A stretch of DNA of 64,000 nucleotides from an uncultured Rhodospirillaceae bacterium (lineage in GTDB: Bacteria > Pseudomonadota > Alphaproteobacteria > UBA9219): the NCBI GenBank assembly GCA_964517415.1, contig CAZFCA010000001.1, forward strand, positions 54,969 to 118,968. The letters are read 5' to 3'. The translations under genes and the position numbers were made by a program. The notes beneath the pieces are model-generated. The model was not told where the DNA came from. It made no database searches and saw nothing but the letters and a program-made list of their open reading frames with translations. Below, in pieces: positions 11,035 through 20,834 of this stretch; the first letter of the stretch is position 1; each line of letters begins with the position of its first letter.

Positions 11035-11796
11035 ATGCGACAAAAAATCCTCGTTCCTGCCCTTGTCCTGTCCCTTGCGGGTTGCGCGCAATTCGACGCG
11101 ATGTTTTCGCAGACGCCGACGCCTTCCGACTTTCCCGATGTCAAGGCCGCGCCGGTGGAGGCCGTGCAATCCGGCGAAAAGGGTTCCCGAGCAGGGGATA
11201 GCCTGCCCAATATCGATATTCCCGCAGCCAATTTGCACGGCGTTCCGGTAACGGCCGCATTGCAAGCCGTTCTTTACGGCACCGACGTTCCCCTTTCGTG
11301 GGACTCCAAGATGATGGCGCCCCACCCAGTCACGCTTATGAACCTGAAAGGCGATCTGCCGACCGTGGTGGATAAAATCTGCACTGCCGCCAACGTTTCA
11401 TGCGCCTATCGCAGCGGCGTTCTGGAAGTTGCCGAAAAGCAGGCTTTTGCCGAACCGCCCGTTTCGGCTCCGCCTCCGGCGCCGATTCTGACGCCTCCGC
11501 CTCCACCGTCACCCCCTCCTGCGCCTCCGCCTCCGCCCGTGATGCCTGAGCCTGTTGCCGAACCGAAGCCCCAGCCGCGGATGGAGGTTCCTATTCTCGC
11601 TCCGCATCCATCCCTTAAACCTATGAGCGACGAATTGCCGCCCCCCATCCTAATCGACAAGGATGGCGCGCGCCCCGTCGCGCCCCAAAGAAAGCCGGAC
11701 CGCGTATCTTCCCTCGACAGAAAAGTTATGAGTTTAGGCACGATTTCCAAGGACGATTTGACGACCGAAGCCTCAGGAAGGGGGGGGCGGCCATGA
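11035..11796 (+). CDS. Lipoprotein with STN/secretin-N-like domain and proline-rich linker (first gene of uncharacterised envelope operon)
   Basis: Lipobox LSLAGC. LHGVPVTAALQAVLYGTDVPLSW...VTLMNLKGDLPTVVDKICTAANVSCAYRSGVLEV resembles an STN domain. PPPAPILTPPPPPSPPPAPPPPP linker. Confidence 0.5.
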   Translation: MRQKILVPALVLSLAGCAQFDAMFSQTPTPSDFPDVKAAPVEAVQSGEKGSRAGDSLPNIDIPAANLHGVPVTAALQAVLYGTDVPLSWDSKMMAPHPVTLMNLKGDLPTVVDKICTAANVSCAYRSGVLEVAEKQAFAEPPVSAPPPAPILTPPPPPSPPPAPPPPPVMPEPVAEPKPQPRMEVPILAPHPSLKPMSDELPPPILIDKDGARPVAPQRKPDRVSSLDRKVMSLGTISKDDLTTEASGRGGRP

Positions 11797-12908
11797 TGCG
11801 CTTTTCAGCCTTTGTCGCTTTTATGGTTTTGGCTTTCCTCGGCGGGGAGGCTTTAGCGCGCGACGCAGCTTTTATGCCGCCCGAAATGCCGTCGGTAAAA
11901 AAAGAGGAGCCGAAGAAAGAGGAACCGAAGAAAGAGGCTATCGCCCAGGCCCTTCCGGCGAAGGAACAGCCCGCCAAAGCGCCGCCGAAGGAAATCAAGC
12001 CCATCAATTTCGGGACTGCCGTTATAGGGGAGAAGGTTATTCGCGCGACGATGCTGGTCAACGACAGCGCGGACCCCATCGCCATCCGCTCGATAGAAAT
12101 GATCTCGCCGGACAACGGCTTGCAGCGTTTAAGCCAAGGGTGCGTTATCGGAAAGCCCATTGCGCAAGGCACTTCATGCCCCGTTATTTTGCAATGGGAG
12201 CCGAAAAAAGCCGGAACGCTTTCCACCGATCTTGTGATTCACCATAGCGGGAAGGTCGGCTTTACCGTTATCGCCGTGCGCGGCGAAGCGAAAGAAAAAG
12301 CGGATCCGCCCGCAGTGGCACCCGCTCCGGCGCAAAAGGAAGCGGTGGTTTCAACGCCCGCTCCTGCGCCTGCGCAGCTTGAGATAACCGCCCCTGCAAC
12401 GCCCCCGACCGTCTCTCCGTCCGAGCCTTTAAAGGAAATCGCGGTTCCTGCGCAGCAGCCTGCCGCGCCAGCCGCTTCTCCTGCCCAACCGGAGGCCAAA
12501 ATTGAAGCCGCGCCCGCGCCTTCGCTGGAAACTAAAAAGGCGGCGGCTGCTCCCGCGCCTGTTTTGCCGCGCAAACTGGAATTTCATAAATTGGAAGAGC
12601 CCAAGGCGAAGAAGATCGTGGCAGCGGCGGGAATCGACGGCGTTCTGTTGATCGGCACTGTCGGCGATAGGGCTATCTTCCAACTGCCTGAAGGCTATAC
12701 GGCCGTCATTCCCGTCGGCGGGACGCTTCAAACGAAAGCGGGCGGGGCGAAGCTGGTCGCCGTTACGCCCTATGCGGCGGAATTCGTCGTCAAGGGGCAG
12801 GAACGAACCGTTCTTTTGAAAGGGGGCGAGGCCACAGCCGATCCAGCCAAGCCCACGAAGCAGAAGAACGCTTCGCGGCATCCTAAAAACAAGAAAAAAG
12901 GGAGATGA
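11793..12908 (+). CDS. Secreted protein: KKEEP repeats, Ig/ASH-like beta-domain, Ala/Pro-rich linker, C-terminal PilP/GspC-HR-like domain
   Basis: Signal peptide. Start overlaps the upstream stop (ATGA). C-terminal IDGVLLIGTVGDRAIFQLPEGYTAVIPVGGTLQTKAGGAKLVAVTPYAAEFVVKGQERTVLLKGG resembles the PilP/GspC HR beta-sandwich. Confidence 0.45.
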   Translation: MMRFSAFVAFMVLAFLGGEALARDAAFMPPEMPSVKKEEPKKEEPKKEAIAQALPAKEQPAKAPPKEIKPINFGTAVIGEKVIRATMLVNDSADPIAIRSIEMISPDNGLQRLSQGCVIGKPIAQGTSCPVILQWEPKKAGTLSTDLVIHHSGKVGFTVIAVRGEAKEKADPPAVAPAPAQKEAVVSTPAPAPAQLEITAPATPPTVSPSEPLKEIAVPAQQPAAPAASPAQPEAKIEAAPAPSLETKKAAAAPAPVLPRKLEFHKLEEPKAKKIVAAAGIDGVLLIGTVGDRAIFQLPEGYTAVIPVGGTLQTKAGGAKLVAVTPYAAEFVVKGQERTVLLKGGEATADPAKPTKQKNASRHPKNKKKGR

Positions 12909-13864
12909 TAAGGGGGGCGATGAAGAAGCTAGCCGAAAAATTACGCGCCTTGACGGGGCCCGTTGACGAGGCAGCGAACATCTATTTCCCGGGCGATCTT
13001 GTGGGCGGATTTTGCGCCCGCACAGAAGGCGACGAACCCCGCCTTGTTTGGAACGCCGCGACCGAAGCCTGCGGCAGCGAGCGCGTGGTGGTCGCGTGGC
13101 GAAGCGTCGGCAACGGCATTTGGTATTTGGCCGCCAAGTCCGAAGATCTGGCATCGCACGTCCATTCCTGGTGCCCTTTGGCGGCGTTGCTGCCCTCGGA
13201 AAAAAATAAGACGATACTGCCCGTTTGTTATACTCACTACGGAACCTATTTCGGCGAGGATATCGCTCTTTTGATGGTCGTGAAGCCGAACGATTTGCGC
13301 ATCTATCGCAGCACGCCCGTCATTATCCGCGCCAAGGCCGAACGTACGGCGCGGGAATTGGGCGAAGGCACGAAGATCATCGATATCGATCTTGCGCGCA
13401 TTGAGCGAATGACTCCGGCGCCCTGGCGCTCAATGTCGCTTTTTGAGGATCGCGCGCGGCGAATTCTCTCGGCGTTTTCGGTTTTCGCGTCTTTGGCAGT
13501 CGCCGGCGCGGCTTTTGCGGTTTGGCTTTATGCGCAAGTCGATATCCTGTCTTCGACGCGCGCCAATGACAGGGCTGAAGCCCGCTCGGCGGGTATCGTG
13601 GCAAGGGCTGAGGATCTGCGCGTAAGTCCTTTGCGGCGCGAACTTAAGAATCTTTTGGACGTGAACGAAGGCGTTTTATCCGTGGACGGCTATTTGTCTG
13701 TTTACGAACTTCAAGAAGGCGCCGTCCGGTGGCGCGCTTCAGCTCCCGCAGGAACGGATGCGGCGCGGCTTGCCGCGTTTAACGCGAAAATTATCGAAGC
13801 GGGCGATGCCGCCCTTTTGATCGGCAACGAGGCCGAGTTTCAAGCCAGCCGGAAGGAACCATGA
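12905..13864 (+). CDS. Bitopic inner-membrane protein: about 190-aa cytoplasmic domain, one TM, about 100-aa periplasmic domain (GspL-like architecture)
   Basis: TM ILSAFSVFASLAVAGAAFAVWLYA. Translationally coupled on both sides. No recognisable motif. Confidence 0.4.
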   Translation: MIRGAMKKLAEKLRALTGPVDEAANIYFPGDLVGGFCARTEGDEPRLVWNAATEACGSERVVVAWRSVGNGIWYLAAKSEDLASHVHSWCPLAALLPSEKNKTILPVCYTHYGTYFGEDIALLMVVKPNDLRIYRSTPVIIRAKAERTARELGEGTKIIDIDLARIERMTPAPWRSMSLFEDRARRILSAFSVFASLAVAGAAFAVWLYAQVDILSSTRANDRAEARSAGIVARAEDLRVSPLRRELKNLLDVNEGVLSVDGYLSVYELQEGAVRWRASAPAGTDAARLAAFNAKIIEAGDAALLIGNEAEFQASRKEP

Positions 13865-14349
13865 ACGCGCTGAAAAACAGCATGGCAGCCAGAGCCTTTT
13901 CGCCGAGCCTTATCGCGCGGGGATTGACCAGCTTTGACAGGGCGACGGGTTTTCTGGTCGCTTTGTGCTGGGTCGCCGCTTTTGCCATGCTGATTATGGC
14001 CGATATCGCCGTTCATCGCGCAGCGTCGCTGTCCAACGCGGGGGCAGGCGGGGTCGAGGTCGTTTCCTCAGCCATGAGCCCTGATGAGATCCAGCCTGTT
14101 TTCGAGCGTTTGAAGCAGCGTTTTCCCGAGCTTAAAGTATCGCTTGACGAGAGCCAAAAACTTCACATCGCAAGCCCCGAAGGCGCAACTTTCCAGCAAT
14201 GGGTGGCCGCTCTTCAGGCGGTGGAGACCATCGCGCCACTATTCTATTGGAGTATAGACGCCCTTTGCGTCGGGCAGTGCGGGGAGCGCGGGTTGATGAG
14301 CGCTGTTATTGCGGGGCAGAAGAAGGAATTTACGGCGCTGAGGGATTAA
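13861..14349 (+). CDS. Small bitopic membrane protein (GspM/PilO-like architecture)
   Basis: Single TM FLVALCWVAAFAMLIMADIAV followed by about 100-aa periplasmic domain. Start overlaps the upstream stop. Confidence 0.4.
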   Translation: MNALKNSMAARAFSPSLIARGLTSFDRATGFLVALCWVAAFAMLIMADIAVHRAASLSNAGAGGVEVVSSAMSPDEIQPVFERLKQRFPELKVSLDESQKLHIASPEGATFQQWVAALQAVETIAPLFYWSIDALCVGQCGERGLMSAVIAGQKKEFTALRD

Positions 14350-14508
14350 AACGCTTATTGTTTGAATGGGTCAGATTTTTTTTGCGAAGGGACGGTTTGG
14401 GTGATTGGGACAAAAAAATTATGTTTACTTGTTTCCTCATCAATCCCGTCCACCCCAACGCCATCAAGGGGGAGGGTTTCGCTCTATGATGTTGAGTGAG
14501 GTGCATAA

Positions 14509-15201
14509 GTGGCTAAGGAACATATAGAAGATCATGCTGATAAGGGAATCGAGAAAACCGCAAAATTAAATGAAAGCAAAAAACGCCATTCCATCGTCGG
14601 TCCAGTTCTTTTTATTATGGCGGTTTTAGCGATTTTGGCGGCTGCCGTTGCGGCGATGACAGGGACTCCCAAGGGTGCGGCGTTTGAAGGTGTAAACCGC
14701 GCGAAGGCGCTCGCCCTGCTCGGCGCGGGAGAGTCTCTTAAATTAGGCATAGATCGCGTGACGCTTGGCAACGGCCTTCGCGCCGCGGATGTCGATCTAA
14801 GCGTCGGGGCGGGGGAAAATCAGCTTTTTTCTCCAGTCGGGGGCGGTATCGCGCCGCCGTCCGTCGGCATGGCGAATAATCCTATGGCTGATAAATGGCT
14901 TTATCCGAAGGGTATCGTCGTTGGGCTTGGGCTGGGAACGAATAGGGCCATGCTTGCCGTTTTGCCTGTGTCGTCGGGCGTGTGCGCAGAGGTGAACGAG
15001 AAAAGTACAGGAACTCCGTTCGTTCCCGAAAAGTCGGATTTAGGGGATTTTGCTGCAGGCGTCGTTTCCGCCGCCTATGGCGCGTGGCCTGCGCCGATTG
15101 CGTCGAGCTTTGCGGGATGCGTGCAAAACGCAAGCGTATCCGTAGGAGAAGAGGGACCTACTTCGGCATACTTTTTTTATCAGGTGCTTGCGGTGCAGTG
15201 A
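14509..15201 (+). CDS. Membrane-anchored periplasmic protein, Gly/Ala-rich; possibly last gene of the same operon
   Basis: N-terminal cytoplasmic tail, TM IVGPVLFIMAVLAILAAAVAAM. 160 bp gap from the previous gene, so its operon membership is uncertain. Confidence 0.35.
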   Translation: MAKEHIEDHADKGIEKTAKLNESKKRHSIVGPVLFIMAVLAILAAAVAAMTGTPKGAAFEGVNRAKALALLGAGESLKLGIDRVTLGNGLRAADVDLSVGAGENQLFSPVGGGIAPPSVGMANNPMADKWLYPKGIVVGLGLGTNRAMLAVLPVSSGVCAEVNEKSTGTPFVPEKSDLGDFAAGVVSAAYGAWPAPIASSFAGCVQNASVSVGEEGPTSAYFFYQVLAVQ

Positions 15202-15379
15202 TGATCTGTGATCAGTGCGCCCTGCGAAATACAGACGGCCACGCTATAAGAAATGTCCGTTAGGATTGTTCCTGCTTCCCCGTCTCTGTTAACACTGATA
15301 ACCGCTTTCTGCTGCCCTTGCCTCCCAGCCTTTTTTCGCGTATTATCGGGCACAATGTTCAATTATTGTGCTTGTCAAC

Positions 15380-17323
15380 ATGGAAAATACAGTATCCAGC
15401 GTAGCCGCGCGCCTCGTTTCTCCCGATGGCGTCAAAGGCTCTACCCAGCGCAGCGTGGATGCCTTGCTGTCCCTCCAAAAGCCGGATGGCCACTGGGTGT
15501 TCGAGCTTGAAGCCGACGCCACGATTCCGGCCGAGTATATTTTGCTCGACCACTTTTTAGGCTCGATCAATCAGCCGTTGCACGAACGCATGGCCGCGTA
15601 TTTGCGCGATATTCAAGAGTCTCATGGCGGCTGGCCATTGTTCCATCGGGGGGATTTGGATGTCAGCGCGAGCGTCAAAGCCTATTTCGCGCTGAAATGC
15701 GTGGGCGACACACTCGATGCGCCGCACATGGTTCGCGCGCGCGAGGCCATTTTAAGCCATGGCGGCGCGGAAAAAACGAACGTCTTTACCCGCATTCAAA
15801 TGGCTTTGTTCGGCGCCGTGCCATGGCGCGCCGTGCCGGAAATGCCGGTCGAGATCATGCTTTTGCCCAAGTGGTTTCCCTTCCACATGAACAAAATCGC
15901 CTATTGGTCGCGCACGGTCATCGCGCCCTTGCTTGTGCTGATGGCCAAAAAGCCGCTGGCAAAAAATCCGCGCCATATCCGCATCGACGAGCTTTTTCTC
16001 ACGCATCCCGAAGCCGTTAAAAAATGGCCCGGGAATGCGCAGCCTTCCATATGGACTTTCGCCTTCGGCGTTATCGATAACATCCTGCGCGCGCTGGAAC
16101 CGCGCATGCCCAAAAAACTTCGCGCCAAAGCCATTGCGCGGGCGGTGGCGTGGGTGACGGAACGGTTAAATGGGGAGGATGGGCTAGGCGCGATTTACCC
16201 GGCCATGGCGAACAGCGTGATGATGTACGATTGCCTCGGCTTTGCGCCGGATCATCCCGATTACGCCATCGCCCGCAAATCGATTGATAAATTGGTTGTG
16301 GATACGCCTCAGCGTTCGTACTGCCAGCCGTGCCTTTCGCCCATTTGGGATACCGCTTTAGCGGCGCATGCGCTGTTGGAGGCGAACGCCCCGCGCGAGC
16401 GCATCGCGGCGGCCTGCGAATGGCTGAAGGCGCGGCAGGTTCTCGATCTGAAAGGCGACTGGGCTTTTTGGCGACCTCATGCCGTTCAGGGCGGCTGGCC
16501 GTTTCAATACAACAACGCGCATTACCCCGATTTGGACGATACGGCGGTCGTCGTTATGGCGTTGGATCGCTTCGACCGAGTGAAATATCGCGAGTCGATT
16601 GAAAGAGCCGTGGAGTGGGTTTTGGGCATGCAGTCGAAAAACGGCGGCTGGGCCGCTTTCGACGCCGATAACGAATATTATTATCTGAACTACATTCCCT
16701 TTGCCGATCACGGCGCGTTGCTCGACCCGCCAAGCGCGGACGTCACGGCGCGGTGCGTCAGCATGCTAAGCCAGCTTGGCTTCCAAAAGGACCATCCTCA
16801 AGTGGCGGAGGCTATCGCCTATCTGCGGCGCGATCAGGAAAAGGAAGGCTGCTGGTTCGGACGGTGGGGAACGAATTATATTTACGGCACTTGGTCTGTT
16901 TTGTGCGCGTTGAACGCCATTGGCATCGGGCCGGAAGACCCCATGGTTCGCCGCGCCGTGGAATGGCTGAAGGCAAAACAAAGGCCGGACGGCGGCTGGG
17001 GCGAAGACGGCGCAAGCTATTGGCGCGATAAGCCCAAAGGCGAATGCGCCGTCAGCACGCCCGCGCAAACGGCATGGGCTTTGATTGCGCTTATGGCGGC
17101 GGGCGAGGTTGACAGCGCGCCTGTCGAGCGCGGCGTCGCGTGGCTTTCGGAAACACAAAAGGCCGACGGCACATGGGACGAAGACTATTACACGGCCGTG
17201 GGCTTTCCGCGCGTGTTCTACCTTCGCTATCATGGATACAAAGCGTTTTTCCCGCAGTGGGCGCTGGCGCGGTACGCTAATTTGAAATTCGGCAATGGCG
17301 CGCCATCGCTTTATGGGATGTAG
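15380..17323 (+). CDS. shc: Squalene-hopene cyclase
   Basis: DxDD motif (DLDDTAVVVMAL), multiple QW repeats, about 650 aa. ORF-track alt start at 15368; first ATG at 15380. Confidence 0.95.
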   Translation: MENTVSSVAARLVSPDGVKGSTQRSVDALLSLQKPDGHWVFELEADATIPAEYILLDHFLGSINQPLHERMAAYLRDIQESHGGWPLFHRGDLDVSASVKAYFALKCVGDTLDAPHMVRAREAILSHGGAEKTNVFTRIQMALFGAVPWRAVPEMPVEIMLLPKWFPFHMNKIAYWSRTVIAPLLVLMAKKPLAKNPRHIRIDELFLTHPEAVKKWPGNAQPSIWTFAFGVIDNILRALEPRMPKKLRAKAIARAVAWVTERLNGEDGLGAIYPAMANSVMMYDCLGFAPDHPDYAIARKSIDKLVVDTPQRSYCQPCLSPIWDTALAAHALLEANAPRERIAAACEWLKARQVLDLKGDWAFWRPHAVQGGWPFQYNNAHYPDLDDTAVVVMALDRFDRVKYRESIERAVEWVLGMQSKNGGWAAFDADNEYYYLNYIPFADHGALLDPPSADVTARCVSMLSQLGFQKDHPQVAEAIAYLRRDQEKEGCWFGRWGTNYIYGTWSVLCALNAIGIGPEDPMVRRAVEWLKAKQRPDGGWGEDGASYWRDKPKGECAVSTPAQTAWALIALMAAGEVDSAPVERGVAWLSETQKADGTWDEDYYTAVGFPRVFYLRYHGYKAFFPQWALARYANLKFGNGAPSLYGM

Positions 17324-17325
17324 AC

Positions 17326-17967
17326 ATGCTAGGAATTCTCTGCGGCCTTGAATCCGAAAGAAAAATCGCCAGGAAAATCGACGGCGCGTTGGTGTCTTGC
17401 GCGGCGGCAAGGCCGCATATGGCGCGTGAATTGGCGCGGGAGCTTGTGGCGCTCGGCGCCACGCGCCTGATGAGCTTTGGCATCGCAGGCTCGCTGGAGC
17501 CTTCCGTGAGGCTGGGCGATGTTTTTATCGGCACGCGGGTTGAGAACGACAAAGGCCGCTGGGAATGCGACGAAGCATGGGGACGCGAGCTTGCGATGAA
17601 AATTCCGCATGCCAAGCGCGGCGGCATTTACGGCTCCGAAGTTTTGGTCGCGACGTGCGAGGCGAAAAGCGCGCTTTTTCGGGGTACGGGATGCGCTATC
17701 GTCGATATGGAAAGCCAATGCGCGGCCGAGGCTGCGGCGCAGGCAAAGCTGCCTTTCACCGTCATTCGCGCGGTGTGCGACGACGCCGGAATGAACGTGC
17801 CGCCCTTCGTCATGGCGGCGATTAATCCCGATGGCAGCACGAACGTCCTTCGCGCGATGGCGCATCTGGCGATGCATCCTTCCCATACGCGGGATCTGTG
17901 GCATGTCATCGGCGGCATGACCCGCGCTTTAAGGGAGCTGAAGGGCATCAGAAATAGTTTAGCATAG
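17326..17967 (+). CDS. hpnG: Hopanoid-associated phosphorylase/nucleosidase HpnG (PNP/UDP family)
   Basis: Immediately follows shc. PNP_UDP_1-like sequence (GIAGSL, VDMESQ). Confidence 0.8.
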   Translation: MLGILCGLESERKIARKIDGALVSCAAARPHMARELARELVALGATRLMSFGIAGSLEPSVRLGDVFIGTRVENDKGRWECDEAWGRELAMKIPHAKRGGIYGSEVLVATCEAKSALFRGTGCAIVDMESQCAAEAAAQAKLPFTVIRAVCDDAGMNVPPFVMAAINPDGSTNVLRAMAHLAMHPSHTRDLWHVIGGMTRALRELKGIRNSLA

Positions 17968-18113
17968 GCTTGCATTAATTATATTTATCACTTAATTGCA
18001 TTCAGCGTTTTTGCAAAAAATTGCTTTGCTGAACTGAAATTTAAGTTATTGCGCATTTTTTTGATCATTTGATCTTGCGCGTATATTGCACAATCTATGA
18101 GATACGAGGAATA

Positions 18114-18434
18114 ATGGTCACTTTAGTTGGTATTATTAGGGTTATTCCCGGATGCGCTTCGGGTGTTTTGGCGGCAACTTATCCCCAAGCTGCGGTCCCG
18201 ATCATCGGTACGGGATTATGCATGGGCGCAGTTTTGCATGCCTTTCAAGAAACGGGACAGTCAACATCCACAAAGATGATAGAAGGTGTTTTTTTTAACG
18301 GCCTTGGGTGTATGTTTGCTTATTTTCTCGAGGACCAATTTAGTTCTAACTTTTCTTCTGCCTCTCATTGCGTATGCTCGGGCAACACGACGCCTGTTGC
18401 CGCTAATTCTGCGGCGTTGCATCGTAGCCCTTAG
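18114..18434 (+). CDS. Hypothetical small hydrophobic protein in AT-rich region
   Basis: ATG preceded by a GAGGAA RBS. About 42% GC. No homolog recognised. Could be non-coding. Confidence 0.25.
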   Translation: MVTLVGIIRVIPGCASGVLAATYPQAAVPIIGTGLCMGAVLHAFQETGQSTSTKMIEGVFFNGLGCMFAYFLEDQFSSNFSSASHCVCSGNTTPVAANSAALHRSP

Positions 18435-18875
18435 AGCAGTATCAGTTCAGATAAAAGGGATTCAGACTGGCTATCGGAAGATATGACGGTTAGTTATTCG
18501 CAGCGATCAACGAATGAGTGACAGGCAAGTCCTCCATCCATTAACCATGCCCAAAAAATATTTTTACATACTCCCAAAATAAATCTTGCATTTATCCCAC
18601 ACGTGTGATACATCCCACCCTGCATCCTCACGAGGGATGCTGATTATGCGGCTCGTCACCCAGCCAAGCCCAGGGATTGCGGGAACAGGGGAACCGATAA
18701 TCAAAGGCACGTTTGCTCAGCGGCTTTCGCTTGCGCGAAGCTCACATGTGAAACCTGTCTTATTTTTAATAGAGCTTATAAGGAGCTTGTTTTGAAGAAA
18801 GAATATGAAGGATAAAAACAAAATGAAGTAAATCCGACAGAAACACCCAAAGATATTATAATAACCCGCTCTCTT

Positions 18876-18960
18876 GGTTGTCATTCCGCAACCTGTCACT
18901 CACTCGTATAAAGAATGTTTGAGTATTATGAACAGCGATTGGCGAGTGAGTGACAGGTGT
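18876..18960. repeat. Inverted repeat (arms ..TTCCGCAACCTGTCACTCACTCG / CGAGTGAGTGACAGGTGTGCGGAA..) with about 35-bp spacer; related copies at 9305-9330 and 18515-18535
   Basis: Read directly from the sequence. Member of a TGTCATTCCG.AACCTGTCAC-type short repeat family. Confidence 0.5.
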
Positions 18961-18974
18961 GCGGAATCCAGGCG

Positions 18975-19200
18975 TCATCGCCATAAAAAATGTCAGCGCG
19001 GATTATTCCCGCCGCCAACGCACGCCCAAATTTTTGCCGCCATATTCTACGGAAAGTCAGCCTGGATCCCCGCCTTCGCGGGGATGACGTCGTTATTATT
19101 GAGCGGGAAGTACTCTGCCCGATGATGACGTCGGTATTATTGCAGGACAGTTCTTTGCCCGATGATGACTCTGCTATTATGGACAAAGCGGTTCTTCTAT
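18975..19200. repeat. Intergenic repeat element sharing sequence (AATGTCAGCGCGGATTATTC; REP; GTTATTATTG; TTTGCCCGATGATGA) with the 44.43-44.86 kb intergenic region
   Basis: Direct comparison of the two regions. Both lie between convergent genes. Confidence 0.55.
19056..19089. repeat. REP/MITE-like palindromic unit GTCAGCCTGGATCCCCGCCTTCGCGGGGATGACG
   Basis: Core ATCCCCGC-N6-GCGGGGAT palindrome with a CAGCCTGGA flank. Family members at 35168, 35213, 44522, 44703, 46535, 47698 and 55233. Confidence 0.7.
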
Positions 19201-19260
19201 TCCCCGAATCCACAATCAAGAATGTTCGATCCCTAGCCCCTAACCCCTAATCCCCCGACC

Positions 19261-20643
19261 TCAGTCTCTTAGCCACTCCGCGAAATCCCTTTTTGCCCTT
19301 TGCGTATAAAGCAGCTTCCTGTCGCGTTTGCCTTTGCCTTCGGTTATGGGCGGGAAAAGGCCGAAGGCGACGTTCATGGGCTGGAAAGTCTGCGCGTTTG
19401 CATCGCCTGTAATATGCGCGACAAGCGCGCCCATGGCCGTTGTGCGCGGCGGGGCGGTTCGCGTTTCGCCTTTGCGCTCGGCGGCGGCGAACAAGCCCGC
19501 CAGCAATCCCATGGCGGCGGATTCCACATAGCCTTCGACTCCCGTCATTTGCCCCGCAAAGCGAAGATGCGGCCTGCTTTTCAGGCGCAGTTGTTCATCC
19601 AGCAAAAGGGGACTGTTGATGAACGTGTTACGATGCAGCCCGCCAAGGCGGGCGAATTCCGCGTTCTCTAACCCGGGGATCATGCGGAAAACGCGCGTTT
19701 GGTCGGCGTATTTCATTTTTGTCTGGAAGCCGACGAGATTATAAAGCGTGCCCAGCGCGTTATCCTGCCGCAGTTGCACGACCGCATAAGGCCGCTTGTC
19801 CGAATGCGGATTGGTAAGTCCCACAGGCTTCATGGGGCCGTAGCGCAGAGTATCGAGGCCGCGCTCCGCCATCACTTCGATAGGCAAACAACCATCGAAA
19901 TATTTAATTATGTTGCCGCGACTGCTCTGCGCTTCGCGCAACCGCGACTGCGGTATTTCCCAGTCTTTAAATTCCGTCTTTTCCGCGTTCAAAAGTTCGC
20001 GCACGAAGTGTTCGTACTGTTCCTGATCCATCGCGCAGTTGATGTAATCCGCGCCCGTGCCTTCGGGCCCGACTTTGTCGTAGCGCGATTGCATCCATGC
20101 TTTTGACATATCAATGCTCTCGCGCACGACAATGGGCGCAATGGCATCGAAGAAGGAAAGAGAGTCCATGCCCGCGGCCTCGCGGATGGATTCCGCCAGC
20201 GGTTCGGAAGTCAAAGGGCCGGAAGCGATAATGACGGAATCCATGTCGGCGGCAGAGGGCAGGGCGGTGATTTCCTCCCGCGCAATTTTAATAAGCGGAT
20301 GCTTTTCAAGCGCGGCGGTAATATCGGCGGCAAAGGCTTCGCGATCTACGGCCAATGCGCCTCCGGCGGGGACTTTATGCCGATCCGCCGCCGCCATGAC
20401 AAGAGAACCGCAGCGCCTCATTTCGTCATGCAAAAGGCCTACGGCGTTGTAGTCGCTGTCGTCGGAACGCAGGGAGTTGGAGCAAACCAATTCGGCAAGC
20501 GCATTTGATTTATGCGCCTCGGTATTCTTATGCGGGCGCATTTCATGCAAGACGACCGGAACGCCTGCTTGCGCGGCCTGCCATGCCGCCTCGCAGCCCG
20601 CAAGCCCGCCGCCGATGATGTGGATGGGAAGTATAGTGGTCAT
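19261..20643 (-). CDS. trmFO: Methylenetetrahydrofolate--tRNA-(uracil-5-)-methyltransferase TrmFO (Gid)
   Basis: N-terminal FAD motif [16 protein letters not shown], 460 aa, TrmFO-type rather than MnmG (too short). Confidence 0.9.
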   Translation of the reverse strand: MTTILPIHIIGGGLAGCEAAWQAAQAGVPVVLHEMRPHKNTEAHKSNALAELVCSNSLRSDDSDYNAVGLLHDEMRRCGSLVMAAADRHKVPAGGALAVDREAFAADITAALEKHPLIKIAREEITALPSAADMDSVIIASGPLTSEPLAESIREAAGMDSLSFFDAIAPIVVRESIDMSKAWMQSRYDKVGPEGTGADYINCAMDQEQYEHFVRELLNAEKTEFKDWEIPQSRLREAQSSRGNIIKYFDGCLPIEVMAERGLDTLRYGPMKPVGLTNPHSDKRPYAVVQLRQDNALGTLYNLVGFQTKMKYADQTRVFRMIPGLENAEFARLGGLHRNTFINSPLLLDEQLRLKSRPHLRFAGQMTGVEGYVESAAMGLLAGLFAAAERKGETRTAPPRTTAMGALVAHITGDANAQTFQPMNVAFGLFPPITEGKGKRDRKLLYTQRAKRDFAEWLRD

Positions 20644-20834
20644 TATTTCCTAAGCGAAAAAATGGGACCCCCGCCTGCGCGGGGTGACGGTTGTTCCTTT
20701 TAAATGGGCGCTGCTCCACAGTTAAGAAACCAAATCGGATTCCGCATCCCCGCCAATTGTGCCATCAACACCATTCAACCTTTCAAAGAACTTCTATAGG
20801 CACAATAGGCGGGGTGCGGAATGACGCTAAAATC

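Noticed and set aside
12900-12910. Possible in-frame fusion of the second and third genes of the 11.0-15.2 kb operon
   Set aside because: My manual read of the homopolymer run at the junction was inconsistent by one base with the ORF track. The ORF track (stop overlapping start, ATGA) is internally consistent with downstream coordinates, so the two-gene model is kept.
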